Numbered from the stretch's first letter, positions 10,223 to 20,568 are shown. The stretch: 64,000 bases of DNA from Kiritimatiellia bacterium (GCA_050950285.1 JBMNHG010000011.1:186001-250000); one strand, 5' to 3'. Notes: a model not told the origin generated them from the sequence alone. Numbers and translations are program-made.

Positions 10223-10843
10223 ATGAGCCCTGCAACGATATCGCGCCACGAGCGAGAACGCGAGAATTGCCGGCTCCAGATCCTGGACGCTGCAGAGGAG
10301 ATTTTCAGTACGCGTGGATACAGCGGCGCGACCATCGAAGACATTGCCGGGCGCGCGGGATTCTTCGTGGGCGGCATCTACAATTTCTTCAAGGGGAAGC
10401 AGGACCTTTTCGACCAGGTGTTGCATCGCATTGCCCAGAGCCGCATCGACGATCTCGACCAATGGGTGTTCCCGCTGGCCGGCCGCCCCTGGGAGGCCCT
10501 GCGGCTGCTGTGCCGGTTGTGGGTGGCGCATCATGAAAAGCATCTCGTCTTCCTGCACGTCGTCATCGGCAGCAAGATGTCCGGCGGAACCGAGGGGCTG
10601 CCTCGCGACGACAAGGGCCAGTGTCTCGTTGAAACCTACACCCGCCGGTCGCTGGAATTCTTCACGCTCTTCGTCCGGGACGCCGGCATCCGCGATTTCA
10701 CCCCCACGGAGTGCCACCACCTCTTCGAAGGGGTCGGCCGCTCCATGCTCTACCACCACAATCGTCCCGGAAGCCCCCTGGCGGTCGCCGAACCGTTGGA
10801 CCAGACCTTTTACGACCTCCTTGCGCGACTCTTCCGCCGGTAG
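10223..10843 (+). CDS. TetR/AcrR family transcriptional regulator
   Basis: ILDAAEEIFSTRGYSGATIEDIAGRAG...IYNFFKGKQDLF HTH; first gene of the efflux operon. Start may be 10214 instead. Confidence 0.9.
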   Translation: MSPATISRHERERENCRLQILDAAEEIFSTRGYSGATIEDIAGRAGFFVGGIYNFFKGKQDLFDQVLHRIAQSRIDDLDQWVFPLAGRPWEALRLLCRLWVAHHEKHLVFLHVVIGSKMSGGTEGLPRDDKGQCLVETYTRRSLEFFTLFVRDAGIRDFTPTECHHLFEGVGRSMLYHHNRPGSPLAVAEPLDQTFYDLLARLFRR

Positions 10844-10892
10844 CGCGACGGGGGTGTCGTCCTCCTTCACATCCCGACTGTTTTTTCTCGCC

Positions 10893-12365
10893 ATGAAACC
10901 CACTCCGATTTTGTCCTGCATGGCCCTTGTGGCGACGGGTTGCATCTCGATCGATTCCTCCCGGACCTCCGGGGAGCTCGCCGCGGCCCGCCGCGAGGCC
11001 GCGCGGGAGATTGCGGCCGCCGCCGTTCTTCCCGCGCCGGCCGGCACGGCCGACGAAGCGTCCGGAAGCCGGCCCGCGTGGGTGCTGGCCGAGAGCGCGG
11101 GGGCGCGCCTTCCCCGCATCGCGGGCGAACTTTCGCTCCCCGACGCCGTGGGAACCGCCCTCGGGAACAACCTTTCCCTCCGCGCCGCGCTCTTCCGCCG
11201 CGACGAAGCGTCCGCCGCGGTTGTCGCCGCGCGCTCCGCCGCCTATCCCGATCTCGGCCTTTCCGCCGGCGTCGACAGCGACCTCGGCGAACGGGACGGC
11301 AACCCCGACACCTTCTCCGCCGGCGCGAAGATCACCCAGCCCCTCTGGCGTTCCGGCGCGGTTTCCGCCGGCATCCGCTACGCCCGCCTCTACGCCGCCG
11401 CCGCGGACGCCTCCATCGAAGCCCAGACGCAGGCCACCATCGAACAGGCCGCCCGCGAATACCTCGACGTGCTTCTCGCGCAGAAGCTCGTGGCCGTCTA
11501 CGAGGAGTCCGTCGCCGTGGCCGAACGCATGCTCGCCACGGCGAACAACAAGCGCGCCGCCGGCATCGCCGCCGACTACGAGGTGCTCCGCGCCGAAGTC
11601 GAGGTGGCCAGCTCCCGGTCGGATCTCCTCAAGAAGCAGAACGCCCTCCTCATGGCGAGGGTCGCCCTTCTCCACACGATGGGCGTGGACCAGGACAGCG
11701 ACATCTCGATCTCCGGCGAAATCGGCTACGCGCCCTGCGATGCCGACCGGGGCGAACTCGTCGCCATCGCCCTGGCGAACCGCCCCGACCTCGTGCAGGC
11801 CGAGGCCGCGGTACGGATGGCCGAGGAGAACGTCTCCATCGTCCGATCCTCCTACGGCCCTTCCGCCGACCTCTACGCCAGCGGCGTCTTCCGGAACCCC
11901 GACCCCTACGACGGGACGAAAGACGAGTGGGGCGACTCCTGGAAGGCCGGCGCCACGCTCGCCTTCACCCTTTTCGATGGCCTCGAACGCCGCGGAAAGC
12001 TCGATCAGGCGATCGCCAGACAGCGCCAGGCCGAGGCCGAGCTGCGAAACGCCGAGGAAGCGGTCCGCGTGGAGGTCGCCCAGGCCGTCCTCGCCCTCCG
12101 CAACGCCGACGAACTCTACCAGTCGCAGAAGAAGAACATCGACCTCGCCCGGGAAGCGCTCCGCATGGTCGAGTCCGGGCACCGCATCGGGCGCAACACC
12201 CAGATCGAAGTGCTCGACGCGCGCTCCGCCCTCACCGAGGCCGTGGGCGGCTACCACCAGGCCCTCCACAACCTCGCCACCGCCCGGTTGCGTCTCCAGC
12301 TCGCCATCGGGACCCTTTCGGCGGAAACCCTCGTGGCTTCGGAAAACGGGGTGGAAGTGCGTTAG
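10893..12365 (+). CDS. TolC-family outer membrane efflux protein (lipoprotein signal)
   Basis: Lipobox LVATGC; two OEP repeats (ALGNNLSL...; ALANRPDL...GRNTQIEVLDAR). Confidence 0.88.
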   Translation: MKPTPILSCMALVATGCISIDSSRTSGELAAARREAAREIAAAAVLPAPAGTADEASGSRPAWVLAESAGARLPRIAGELSLPDAVGTALGNNLSLRAALFRRDEASAAVVAARSAAYPDLGLSAGVDSDLGERDGNPDTFSAGAKITQPLWRSGAVSAGIRYARLYAAAADASIEAQTQATIEQAAREYLDVLLAQKLVAVYEESVAVAERMLATANNKRAAGIAADYEVLRAEVEVASSRSDLLKKQNALLMARVALLHTMGVDQDSDISISGEIGYAPCDADRGELVAIALANRPDLVQAEAAVRMAEENVSIVRSSYGPSADLYASGVFRNPDPYDGTKDEWGDSWKAGATLAFTLFDGLERRGKLDQAIARQRQAEAELRNAEEAVRVEVAQAVLALRNADELYQSQKKNIDLAREALRMVESGHRIGRNTQIEVLDARSALTEAVGGYHQALHNLATARLRLQLAIGTLSAETLVASENGVEVR

Positions 12366-12445
12366 TCGCGCATGCCCCGGACCCGCCGCCCCGTCCCCCC
12401 GTCCTCCCCACACCGTTTGTTCCGTCCTTCCCATCGAGACCTCCC

Positions 12446-13534
12446 ATGAAATCACCGGCATCCTTCCTGCTCCCCGCGCTGCTCGCATCGGCGGCGTTCG
12501 CCCAGGGCCCCGGCCCCGGTCCCGCACGGACCTTCATCGTGCGCACCGCCCATCCGTTCCGCACGACCATCGCGCGTTCGATCGTCAAGACCGGCGAGCT
12601 GTCGTCGCCCGCGATCGTGGACGTCAGCGTTCGCGTTGCCGGGCGCCTGGAATCGCTCGAGCTCGAGGACGGCACGCGCCTGGAGGAAGGCGTGAAGGTC
12701 GTGAAGGGGCAGCGCATCGCGACGATCGAAGCGCGCGACTACGCCGCCCGGAAGGCCGCCGCCGAAGCCGCGCTCTCCGCCGCCGAGGCGATGCGCAAGG
12801 ACGCCGAGCGCGAATTCCAGCGCTCCGAGACGCTCTTCCGGGAAGGGACCGCCACCGAACAGGAGCGCGACCGGGCCGGCGCCAGCTTCGAACGCGCCGC
12901 GGCCGACGTCGCCCAGGCGAAGGCCCAGCTCGATCTCGCCCAGCTCGATCTCGACGAAACCGTGCTCTATGCGCCGATGGATGGCGTCGTCTCCGCCCGC
13001 CACGCCGAACCGGGCACCCTCCTCGGCGTCGGATCGAAGGTCCTCACCCTCACCCAGCTGAACCCGCTTCGCTTCCAGCTCGCCGTGCCCACCACGCTTT
13101 TCGCCCAGCTCGCGCTCGACCGGACCGGCATCCGCATCGAGGTGGACGCCTATCCCGGACAGCCCGTCGACGGCGTCGTCTCCCGCATCTACCCCGTGGC
13201 AGACGACGCCACCCGCACCATCCGCATCGAAACGATCCTCGACAACGCCGACGGCCGCTACATGCCGGGCATGTACGCCACCGGCGTCATCGCCCTCGAC
13301 CGCCGGGAGAACGCGCTGGCCGTGCCCTACGACGCCGTCATCCGCAACGGCGACGAACGCATCGTCTACCGCATGAAAGACGGGCGCGCCGAGGCCGTGA
13401 AGGTGAAGCTCGGCATCCGGCAGGACGCCATCGTCGAAGTCCTTGAAGGCCTCGCCGACACGGACGAAATCATCGTCGCCGGCCAGCACCGCCTCTCCGA
13501 CGGCGTCCCCGTGAAGCTCGAAGCCGCCCCGTAG
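12446..13534 (+). CDS. RND efflux periplasmic adaptor (MFP)
   Basis: VSVRVAGRLESL..EEGVKVVKGQRIATI, coiled-coil hairpin, APMDGVVS, TRTIRIE, PGMYA. Confidence 0.9.
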   Translation: MKSPASFLLPALLASAAFAQGPGPGPARTFIVRTAHPFRTTIARSIVKTGELSSPAIVDVSVRVAGRLESLELEDGTRLEEGVKVVKGQRIATIEARDYAARKAAAEAALSAAEAMRKDAEREFQRSETLFREGTATEQERDRAGASFERAAADVAQAKAQLDLAQLDLDETVLYAPMDGVVSARHAEPGTLLGVGSKVLTLTQLNPLRFQLAVPTTLFAQLALDRTGIRIEVDAYPGQPVDGVVSRIYPVADDATRTIRIETILDNADGRYMPGMYATGVIALDRRENALAVPYDAVIRNGDERIVYRMKDGRAEAVKVKLGIRQDAIVEVLEGLADTDEIIVAGQHRLSDGVPVKLEAAP

Positions 13535-13590
13535 CGGCGCGCCGTTTTCCCCCAGCCCTTCCCTCCCCGCGCCCCCGCGCAGGCAAAACC

Positions 13591-16500
13591 ATGAAAATTT
13601 CCGAATTGGGCGTCAAAAGGCCGGTGACGGCGCTGATGGTCTTCTTCGCCATCCTCCTCCTCGGCTACGTCTCCTACACGATGATTCCGGTGGACATGAT
13701 GCCGGAAATCGAAAGCCCCACGGTGTCCGTGATCACCCGCTGGGACGGCGCGAGCCCCCAGGACGTCGAGACCAAGGTCACGCGCGTCGTCGAAAGCGTG
13801 CTCGGCAGCGTGACGGATCTCGACGAAATCTCCTCCCTCACCCGGGAGGGCTTCTCGGCCGTCACCTGCAAATTCGTCTGGGGGACCGACCTGGGCGAGG
13901 CCTCGAACGACATGCGCGACCTCATCGAGCGCGCGCGCGGCCGCCTTCCCGACAACGCCGACGAACCGATCCTGCTGAAGTTCAACACGGCGAACATGCC
14001 GATCCTGTTCTACGGCATCACCGCCCGCGAGAATCGCGAGAGCATGGATGAAATCGTCAACGATGAAATCGTGGACGTGCTGAAGCGCGTTTCCGGCGTG
14101 GGTTCGGTCGAGGCCTTTGGCGGCTTCAAGCGCCAGATCAACGTCCATCTCGACCCCGCGAAGCTTTCCGCCTACGGGCTTTCGCTGGCGGAGGTGGCCC
14201 GGTCGATCCACGGCGACAACCAGACCGATCCCGCCGGCAGCCTCAAGATCGGCTCCGTGGACTACACCATCCGCGTTCCCGGCGAGTTCTCCCGCCCCGA
14301 GGAGATCGGCGACGTGGTGGTGAAGCGACGCGGCGACACCCTCGTGCGCCTCTCCGATGTCGCGACCGTCGAGGACGGCTTCGTCGAGATGGACGGCGTG
14401 GTCGAGACCAACGACAAGTGGGCCATGATGATGATGGTCCAGAAGCGGTCCGGCGAAAACACCGTGGCCGTGGCCGGGCGCGTCCGCAAGCGCATGGACG
14501 AGATCGCCCGCACCCTTCCCGCCGACTACGAGGTGGTGCTCATCAGCGACGCTTCCGAAACCATCGTCCGTTCCATCCATTCCGTGAGTTCCACGGTGCT
14601 CTGGGGCGGGCTCTTCGTGATCCTCACCACGCTGGTCTTCCTGCGCAACCTCCGCGCCTCGCTCGTGATCGCCCTCACCATCCCCTTCTCGCTCATCATC
14701 GCCTTCATTTTCATGTTCCTCATGGGCTGGACCATCAACATCATGTCGATGTCCGCCCTGGCCGTGGCCATCGGCATGGTGGTGGACAACGCGGTGGTGG
14801 TGCTGGAGAACATCCTGTCGCACATCTCGCGCGGCTCGAAGAAGCGCGAGGCCGCGATGTTCGGAGCCGACGAGGTGGGCCTCTCGATCATGGCCTCCAC
14901 GCTCACCACCATCGTCGTGTTCCTGCCGCTCGTCTTCGTGAAGGGCGTCACCGGCATCCTGTTCAAGCAGCTGGGCGGGCTCGTCACCATCACGCTCGTC
15001 GCCTCGCTCTTCTGCTCGCTCTACCTCACGCCCATGCTCGCCTCCGTGCTGCTGCGCACGCGCGCCCGGCGCTCCCGCGACGCGAAGAAGTGGCACGGGC
15101 GCCTCGTGGCCTGGTCGGAAGACCTGTTCCTCCGCTTCGAGGCCGGCTACGGGAAGCTCGTGGACAAGGCGATCCGTGCCCGCTGGGCCGTGGTCTTCGC
15201 CTCCGCCGCCGTGATCGCTGGGACGGTCTTCCTCTTCGGCCGGCTCGGATCGGAAATGATCGCCTCCGAGGACACCGGCGAGCTTCGCATCACCTTCGAG
15301 CTCCCCGTGGGGACCCGCTACGAGAACACCGCCGCCGTGGGGCGCCGCATCCTCGACCTCGTCCACGAGACCATCCCGCGCCAGTACATCCAGTCGTACT
15401 CCTTCAATGCCGGCGGCGGCGGCGGCGGCTTCGGCGGGAGCCGCAATTCCCACTCCGGCACCATCCGCGCCCGCCTGGTGAAGGAGTCCGAACGCGACCG
15501 CTCCACCGACCAGTACGGCGAGGCCATCACCTCGAAGGTGCGCGAATGGCCCGAGATCGCGAAGGTCTACGCCACGTCCGACAACTTCATGAACCGCATC
15601 CTCATGGGCGGCGGCGCGAACCTTGCGATCGACATCTACGGCTTCGATCTCGACGTCACCACCGACATCGCGAAGCGTATCGCGAGGATAGCCGAGGAAA
15701 CGCCCGGCTCGCGCGACGTCCGCATCTCCCAGGATCTCGGACAGCCCGAGTTCGCCCTGCGCATCGACCGCAGGAAGGCCGCGGCCTTCGGCTTCTCGAT
15801 GACCACCCTCACCTCCGCGCTCTCGACCCTCTTCCAGGGCGGAGGCGCCACGATGTACCGCGAGGAGGACGACGAATACGATGTGCTTCTGCGGCTCGCC
15901 GCGCCGGACCGCAGCTCCATCGAGGACATCCGGGGCGCCGAGGTCGAACTCCCCTCCGGCGGCCGCGTGCGCATCGATTCCTTCGCGGAAATCGAGGAGG
16001 TCGCCGGCCCCGTGACCATCCGGCGCAAGAACCAGGAGCGCGTCGTGACCGTGCAGTTCGACGCGTTGGACCGCCCCCAGGGAGACGTCGTGGCGGACAT
16101 ACGGAAGCGCGTGGAGGACGAGATCCTCATCCCCGACGGCGTGGGCATCGAGTACGGCGGCATGGTCGAGGAGCAGGAGGAGTCCGAGCGCTCGATGCAG
16201 CTCATGATCATCCTCGGCGTGATCCTCGTGTACATGGTGATGGCCGGCGAATTCGAGTCCTTCGTCCACCCCTTCCTCATCATGTTCTCGATCCCCTTCG
16301 CCGGCAGCGGCGTGGCGCTGGCGCTCCATCTCGCCGGCATGCCGCTCGGCATGAGCGCCTACATCGGCATCATCCTGCTGATCGGCGTGGTGGTGAACAA
16401 CGGCATCGTGCTCATCGACTACATCAACCTCATGCGCGCGCGCGGCGTGCCGCTGCGCGAGGCCGTGGTGCAGACCGGCCGCTTGCGCCTGCGCCCCGTG

Positions 16501-16719
16501 ATGATCACCACGCTCACCACGCTGCTGGGCATGCTCCCGATGGCGGTTTCGCGCGGCGATGGCTCCGCGATGTGGCGTCCCCTCGGCGTCACGGTGTGTG
16601 GCGGCCTGTCCGTCTCCACGCTCGTCACGATGTTCATCGTGCCGGTCCTGTACTACATCGTCGAAGCATTCCGCGAAAAACGCCACCAGGCCCGCCTGGG
16701 AAAGGAAGCCCGCGCATGA
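13591..16719 (+). CDS. RND efflux transporter permease (AcrB/AcrD/AcrF family)
   Basis: 1042 aa; KRPVTALM, GMVVDNAVVVLENI, GVVVNNGIVLIDY and RLRPVMITTLTT motifs. Confidence 0.95.
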   Translation: MKISELGVKRPVTALMVFFAILLLGYVSYTMIPVDMMPEIESPTVSVITRWDGASPQDVETKVTRVVESVLGSVTDLDEISSLTREGFSAVTCKFVWGTDLGEASNDMRDLIERARGRLPDNADEPILLKFNTANMPILFYGITARENRESMDEIVNDEIVDVLKRVSGVGSVEAFGGFKRQINVHLDPAKLSAYGLSLAEVARSIHGDNQTDPAGSLKIGSVDYTIRVPGEFSRPEEIGDVVVKRRGDTLVRLSDVATVEDGFVEMDGVVETNDKWAMMMMVQKRSGENTVAVAGRVRKRMDEIARTLPADYEVVLISDASETIVRSIHSVSSTVLWGGLFVILTTLVFLRNLRASLVIALTIPFSLIIAFIFMFLMGWTINIMSMSALAVAIGMVVDNAVVVLENILSHISRGSKKREAAMFGADEVGLSIMASTLTTIVVFLPLVFVKGVTGILFKQLGGLVTITLVASLFCSLYLTPMLASVLLRTRARRSRDAKKWHGRLVAWSEDLFLRFEAGYGKLVDKAIRARWAVVFASAAVIAGTVFLFGRLGSEMIASEDTGELRITFELPVGTRYENTAAVGRRILDLVHETIPRQYIQSYSFNAGGGGGGFGGSRNSHSGTIRARLVKESERDRSTDQYGEAITSKVREWPEIAKVYATSDNFMNRILMGGGANLAIDIYGFDLDVTTDIAKRIARIAEETPGSRDVRISQDLGQPEFALRIDRRKAAAFGFSMTTLTSALSTLFQGGGATMYREEDDEYDVLLRLAAPDRSSIEDIRGAEVELPSGGRVRIDSFAEIEEVAGPVTIRRKNQERVVTVQFDALDRPQGDVVADIRKRVEDEILIPDGVGIEYGGMVEEQEESERSMQLMIILGVILVYMVMAGEFESFVHPFLIMFSIPFAGSGVALALHLAGMPLGMSAYIGIILLIGVVVNNGIVLIDYINLMRARGVPLREAVVQTGRLRLRPVMITTLTTLLGMLPMAVSRGDGSAMWRPLGVTVCGGLSVSTLVTMFIVPVLYYIVEAFREKRHQARLGKEARA

Positions 16720-17027
16720 AAGAACTGACCGTCGTCTTCAACGTCTCGATCTCCGGCGAAGTGGAGGAACTGCTCCGGGCGCAGGGCATCGGGGAATACA
16801 CGCTTTTCCCCCGTTGCCACGGCACGGGGAAGGGGACCGGCCCGCGCAAGGACGACCATGTCTGGCCCGGATTCAACGTCGCGGTGGTCGCGGTGACGGA
16901 GGACGCCCGCGCCCGGCGGGCGATGGACGCCCTCCAGCGCTTCCGCGAAGGCGTCGCGGGCCGCCAGGCCGGGATCTTCGCCTACACCAAGCCCGTCGAC
17001 GCCGTGCTCGAGCCGCCTCGCGGGTAG
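16716..17027 (+). CDS. PII-like small protein (PG0541-type, transporter-associated)
   Basis: MKELTVVFNVS...GIGEYTLFPRCHGTGKGTGPRKDDHVWPGFN, a GlnB-like pattern; overlaps the RND stop (ATGA). Confidence 0.75.
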   Translation: MKELTVVFNVSISGEVEELLRAQGIGEYTLFPRCHGTGKGTGPRKDDHVWPGFNVAVVAVTEDARARRAMDALQRFREGVAGRQAGIFAYTKPVDAVLEPPRG

Positions 17028-17108
17028 GGCTGCGCCCCGCGCGGTCGCGCGCCGGCCGATGCCTTCCGGGGAAACGAGCCTGGAAAGATGGCGGCAGCGT
17101 GCGGCGGG

Positions 17109-17774
17109 TCAATCGTGCGCCAATTCATCGATCTTGAGATCGGGCCCGAAAACCACCAGGCGATCACCGTCCTGCACGATATCGTTGCCGGTCGCGAGGA
17201 TGACTTTGCGCGGCAGGCGCGGGTCCTCGGCCTGCCGCCGGATGGCCAGGACCGTCACGCCGAGCTTTTGGCGGACCTGTCCTTCGACCAGGGTCTTGCC
17301 GACCAGTTCCTTTGGCGGGATAATTTCGGAAACGCTGACGCCATCGGCGATTTCAAACAAGTCGATGGGACTCCGGGAGAGCAGGGAACGGGCCAGCCGC
17401 AGGGCACGATCGCGGTCGGGATAGACCACGATGTCGGCGCCGACCCGCTTCAGTACTTTGCCGTGCAGGTCCGAGACCGCCTTGGACACCACCGTCGGGA
17501 CCCCGAGCTCCTTGCAGTTGACTGTCGCCATGATGCTCCCTTCCATGTTGTTGCCGATGCAGACGACAACGACTTCGCAGGAGTCCAGGCCGGCCTCCTT
17601 GAGGGTGCGCACATTCGTCGCATCGCCCTGCACGGCCTTGGCGACATAGTCGGCGAGGTCGCGGATTCTTTCCTCGGAATTATCCAGCAGGATGACTTCC
17701 GTGCCCTTTTGGACCAGGCTTTCGATGAGGGCCTGGCCGAAACGGCCGGAGCCGATGATGCCAATGCGTTTCAT
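17109..17774 (-). CDS. ktrA: TrkA/KtrA potassium uptake regulatory (RCK) subunit
   Basis: IGIIGSGRFG Rossmann motif, GDATN and a TrkA-C domain; overlaps the ktrB stop. Confidence 0.88.
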   Translation of the reverse strand: MKRIGIIGSGRFGQALIESLVQKGTEVILLDNSEERIRDLADYVAKAVQGDATNVRTLKEAGLDSCEVVVVCIGNNMEGSIMATVNCKELGVPTVVSKAVSDLHGKVLKRVGADIVVYPDRDRALRLARSLLSRSPIDLFEIADGVSVSEIIPPKELVGKTLVEGQVRQKLGVTVLAIRRQAEDPRLPRKVILATGNDIVQDGDRLVVFGPDLKIDELAHD

Positions 17775-19153
17775 CCGACGACAACCTCCTCTTCGGGATA
17801 GTGGATATGGTCTTCCTTCCTGGGAGAACCGATGAAGCATACGATGGTGAGCGGTCCGAGCCGGCCGACGAACATGGCCAGCATGATCAGAATGCGCCCC
17901 ATCCACGAAAGCTGCGGCGTCAGGTCGAGCGAGTAGCCCACCGTACCCAGGGCGGAGACCGTTTCAAACAGGAGCGGAAGCGACGCATTGCCCCCCGGTG
18001 GCGGTTGTTCGGTGATCAGCAGCAGGCCGAAAACACCCATGGCGAAGAAGAGTCCCAGCAGGAAGATCGCGATCGACTCGCGGACGATCGTTTCGGGGAT
18101 GGCGCGCACGCCGAAGTGGGTCGCGTGGCGGTTTTGGATGATGGCCCGGACCGTCAGGAGCAGGACCATGAAGGTCGTGGTCTTGATGCCCCCCGCCGTC
18201 GACCCCGGCGAACCGCCGATGAACATCAGGACGATCAGGAGAAGTCGGCTCCCCTCCGTCTGCCGGGGCATCTCCACGAGGTTGAATCCGGCCGTGCGCG
18301 CGCTGACCGACTGGAAGCAGGCCCCGAGTATTTTCCCGGCGACCGACCGGTCCGCCAGAGCCTGCCGCCACTCCAGCATGGCGTACAGCAGGGCGCCTGC
18401 CAGGATCAGGAGCAGGGAGGCCTGCAAGACCATCCGGCTGTGGGTGTTGATCCGCCCGCGCTCCATCCGGTTGCGCTTCCAGAACCGGTAGCTGCCGAGG
18501 TTGTGCAGGACGATGAAGCCGAGGCCGCCCAGCACGACCAGCCCGAGAATCGTGACCACATAGACCGGGTCGTCGCGCATCGACAGGAGATTGTCTGGAA
18601 ACAGGGAGAATCCGGCATTGCAGAAGGCGCTGACCGCATGGAAGCATCCATGGTAGAGGGCGCGAAGCGGGGGATGGCCGCCCTCCCAGTGCCGCCACGC
18701 GAGCAACAGCGTGCCGGCGCCTTCGATCACGGCCGAAAAGGCGATGGTTTCGCGGAGCAGGGGCAGGATGCCGCCGGAAGCGTTGTCGCCGAACGAAGCC
18801 GCGAGGATCGACTCGCTGCGCACGCTCGGACGGCGCCCCAGCAGAACCAGGAGAAAGGTGGCGAACGTCATGGTGCCGATCCCGCCGATCTGGATGAGCG
18901 CCAAGATGACGATTTGCCCGAACGTGGAGAAGCGGCTGCCGATGTCCACCACGCTCAGCCCCGTCACGCAGGTCGCGCTGGTCGCGGTGAACAGCGCCTC
19001 CCCCGACGCCACCGGCCTGCCGGCTGCGCCGGCAACCGGCAGCCTCAGCAGGAGCGCGCCCAGGAGAATGACGACGAGGAATGCCTTTACGGGTGTCCAT
19101 TGCGGACGCTTCGCCCCGCGCTGGCTCCAGGCGATGATCCGGTTTACACTCAT
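17771..19153 (-). CDS. ktrB: TrkH/KtrB potassium uptake membrane subunit
   Basis: ATSATCVTGL, SAFCNAGF, SARTAGF, FIGGSPGSTAGGIK and SALGTVGYS pore motifs. Confidence 0.92.
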   Translation of the reverse strand: MSVNRIIAWSQRGAKRPQWTPVKAFLVVILLGALLLRLPVAGAAGRPVASGEALFTATSATCVTGLSVVDIGSRFSTFGQIVILALIQIGGIGTMTFATFLLVLLGRRPSVRSESILAASFGDNASGGILPLLRETIAFSAVIEGAGTLLLAWRHWEGGHPPLRALYHGCFHAVSAFCNAGFSLFPDNLLSMRDDPVYVVTILGLVVLGGLGFIVLHNLGSYRFWKRNRMERGRINTHSRMVLQASLLLILAGALLYAMLEWRQALADRSVAGKILGACFQSVSARTAGFNLVEMPRQTEGSRLLLIVLMFIGGSPGSTAGGIKTTTFMVLLLTVRAIIQNRHATHFGVRAIPETIVRESIAIFLLGLFFAMGVFGLLLITEQPPPGGNASLPLLFETVSALGTVGYSLDLTPQLSWMGRILIMLAMFVGRLGPLTIVCFIGSPRKEDHIHYPEEEVVVG

Positions 19154-19216
19154 GGGTGAAGGGCCACGTGCCTCGTCGAAGAAGGTGGGTTCATGTTTCC
19201 CCAAAGAAGCGGGCTC

Positions 19217-19256
19217 TTGTCCGCATGTCGCGGTTTATTGTCCGCATGTCGCGGTT
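19217..19256. repeat. Perfect 19-bp direct repeat (21-bp period) upstream of ktrB
   Basis: TTGTCCGCATGTCGCGGTT at 19217-19235 and 19238-19256. Confidence 0.8.
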
Positions 19257-19295
19257 GCGGGTCAAGGGTGTTCCGCGCGCCCCTCCAGGACAACG

Positions 19296-19342
19296 GACAA
19301 CCCTCGGAAGCCGTGGGTTTCCGCGGGGTTCCGAGGGTTGTC
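19296..19342 (-). terminator. Long hairpin immediately 3' of tRNA-Tyr
   Basis: GACAACCCTCGGAA...TTCCGAGGGTTGTC inverted repeat; no clear U-tract. Confidence 0.5.
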
Positions 19343-19346
19343 GACA

Positions 19347-19432
19347 TGGTGGTGGGGCAAGGATTCGAACCTTGGAAGCCAGTTGGCGACAGATTTACAG
19401 TCTGCCCTCGTTGACCACTTGAGTACCCCACC
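19347..19432 (-). tRNA. tRNA-Tyr(GTA)
   Basis: Minus strand GGTGGGGTACTCAAGTGGTCAACGAGGGCAGAC-TGTAAA-TCTGT...GGTTCGAATCCTTGCCCCACCACCA. Confidence 0.95.
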
Positions 19433-19779
19433 AAAAGGGGAAAAGAAACGGTGGGGAATATGCCATTGGACGGCCGGGATGTCAAACGCCAATTTCCGCG
19501 GCCGGGTGCCGCATGGCGTTTCACGCCGGCGGTGCCGCGCCTTGCCGGGCCTGTCGCTTCCCATGGAGAGGGTCGTCGACGGGGACGTGAAGCATGCCCC
19601 CCGAACCAGGAGGATGACCGGGAACGGCATCCCGGCAAGAGCGCCCGGCTTCCGCATTCGCAGCATGGAGTGCGTCGTCGGGCAACCCTCAACGCCCCCG
19701 TCGCGCCGGCGCTTGCGCCCGCCCGCCGCGAAGGGATCGCCGTTCCGGGAGGGTCTTCGGGGGCGTGCCGCAGGCGGGG

Positions 19780-20568
19780 CTAGCCGGCGAGGTTGGAGAG
19801 GAAGGCCCGGGTGCGTTCGTTGGAGGGGTTGTCGATCACGTCGGCAGGGGTGCCTTCTTCGACGATCACGCCCCCGTCCATGAAGACGATGCGGTCGGAG
19901 ACGTTGCGGGCGAAGGAGATTTCGTGGGTGACGATGACCATCGTCCAATGCTGGGTGGCGAGGTCGCGGATCACGCGGAGGATTTCGCCGGTGAGTTCGG
20001 GGTCGAGGGCGGAGGTGGGCTCGTCGAAGAAGAGGATTTCGGGATCCATCGCGAGGGCGCGGGCGATGGAGACGCGCTGCTGTTGTCCGCCGGAGAGTTC
20101 GTACGGGTAGGCGTCGGCCTTGTCGGAGAGCCCCATCCGCTTGAGCAGGTCGTGGGCGCGGGCTTCGGCTTCGGCAGGGGTGCGGCGCAGCACGGAGGTC
20201 TGCCCCGCGGTGATGTTCCGGAGGACCGAGAAGTGCGGGAAGAGGTTGAAGTTCTGGAAGACGAGCCCGAAGCGGCGGAGCGCGGCCCGCCGCACGGGCT
20301 TCGGGGCGTAGAGGCCGTTCTCGACGACCCGCAGGTCGCCGTATGCGAGATCGCCGGCGTCGAGCGTCTCCAGGCCGGTGGCGCAGCGGAGGAGGGTGGA
20401 CTTCCCGGATCCCGAGGGGCCGAGGATGGAGACCACCTCGCCCTTGCGGACGTCCAGGGAGATGTCGCGGAGGACGCGGACGTCTCCGAAGGATTTCGCG
20501 GCGCGCCGCATGGAGAGCACGGGGAGGGCCGCGGCGCGTCCTTCGGATGTGGAGGGGTTCGGATGCAT
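19780..20568 (-). CDS. Polar amino acid ABC transporter ATP-binding protein
   Basis: GPSGSGKST, VFQNFNLFPH, LSGGQQQRV and DEPTSALDPEL motifs. Confidence 0.93.
   Translation of the reverse strand: MHPNPSTSEGRAAALPVLSMRRAAKSFGDVRVLRDISLDVRKGEVVSILGPSGSGKSTLLRCATGLETLDAGDLAYGDLRVVENGLYAPKPVRRAALRRFGLVFQNFNLFPHFSVLRNITAGQTSVLRRTPAEAEARAHDLLKRMGLSDKADAYPYELSGGQQQRVSIARALAMDPEILFFDEPTSALDPELTGEILRVIRDLATQHWTMVIVTHEISFARNVSDRIVFMDGGVIVEEGTPADVIDNPSNERTRAFLSNLAG

Noticed and set aside
13366..16686. Very long antisense or alternative-frame ORFs (also 41736-45101, 45228-48827, 48873-52631 upstream of 50234, 56792-59923)
   Set aside because: Shadow ORFs expected in high-GC DNA, opposite or overlapping well-supported genes, with Arg/Gly/Pro-rich non-protein-like composition.
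19154..19346. c-di-AMP (ydaO) riboswitch upstream of ktrB
   Set aside because: Conserved ydaO motifs (GCUGAAUCC, CCGUCAGCUAAC) are absent.
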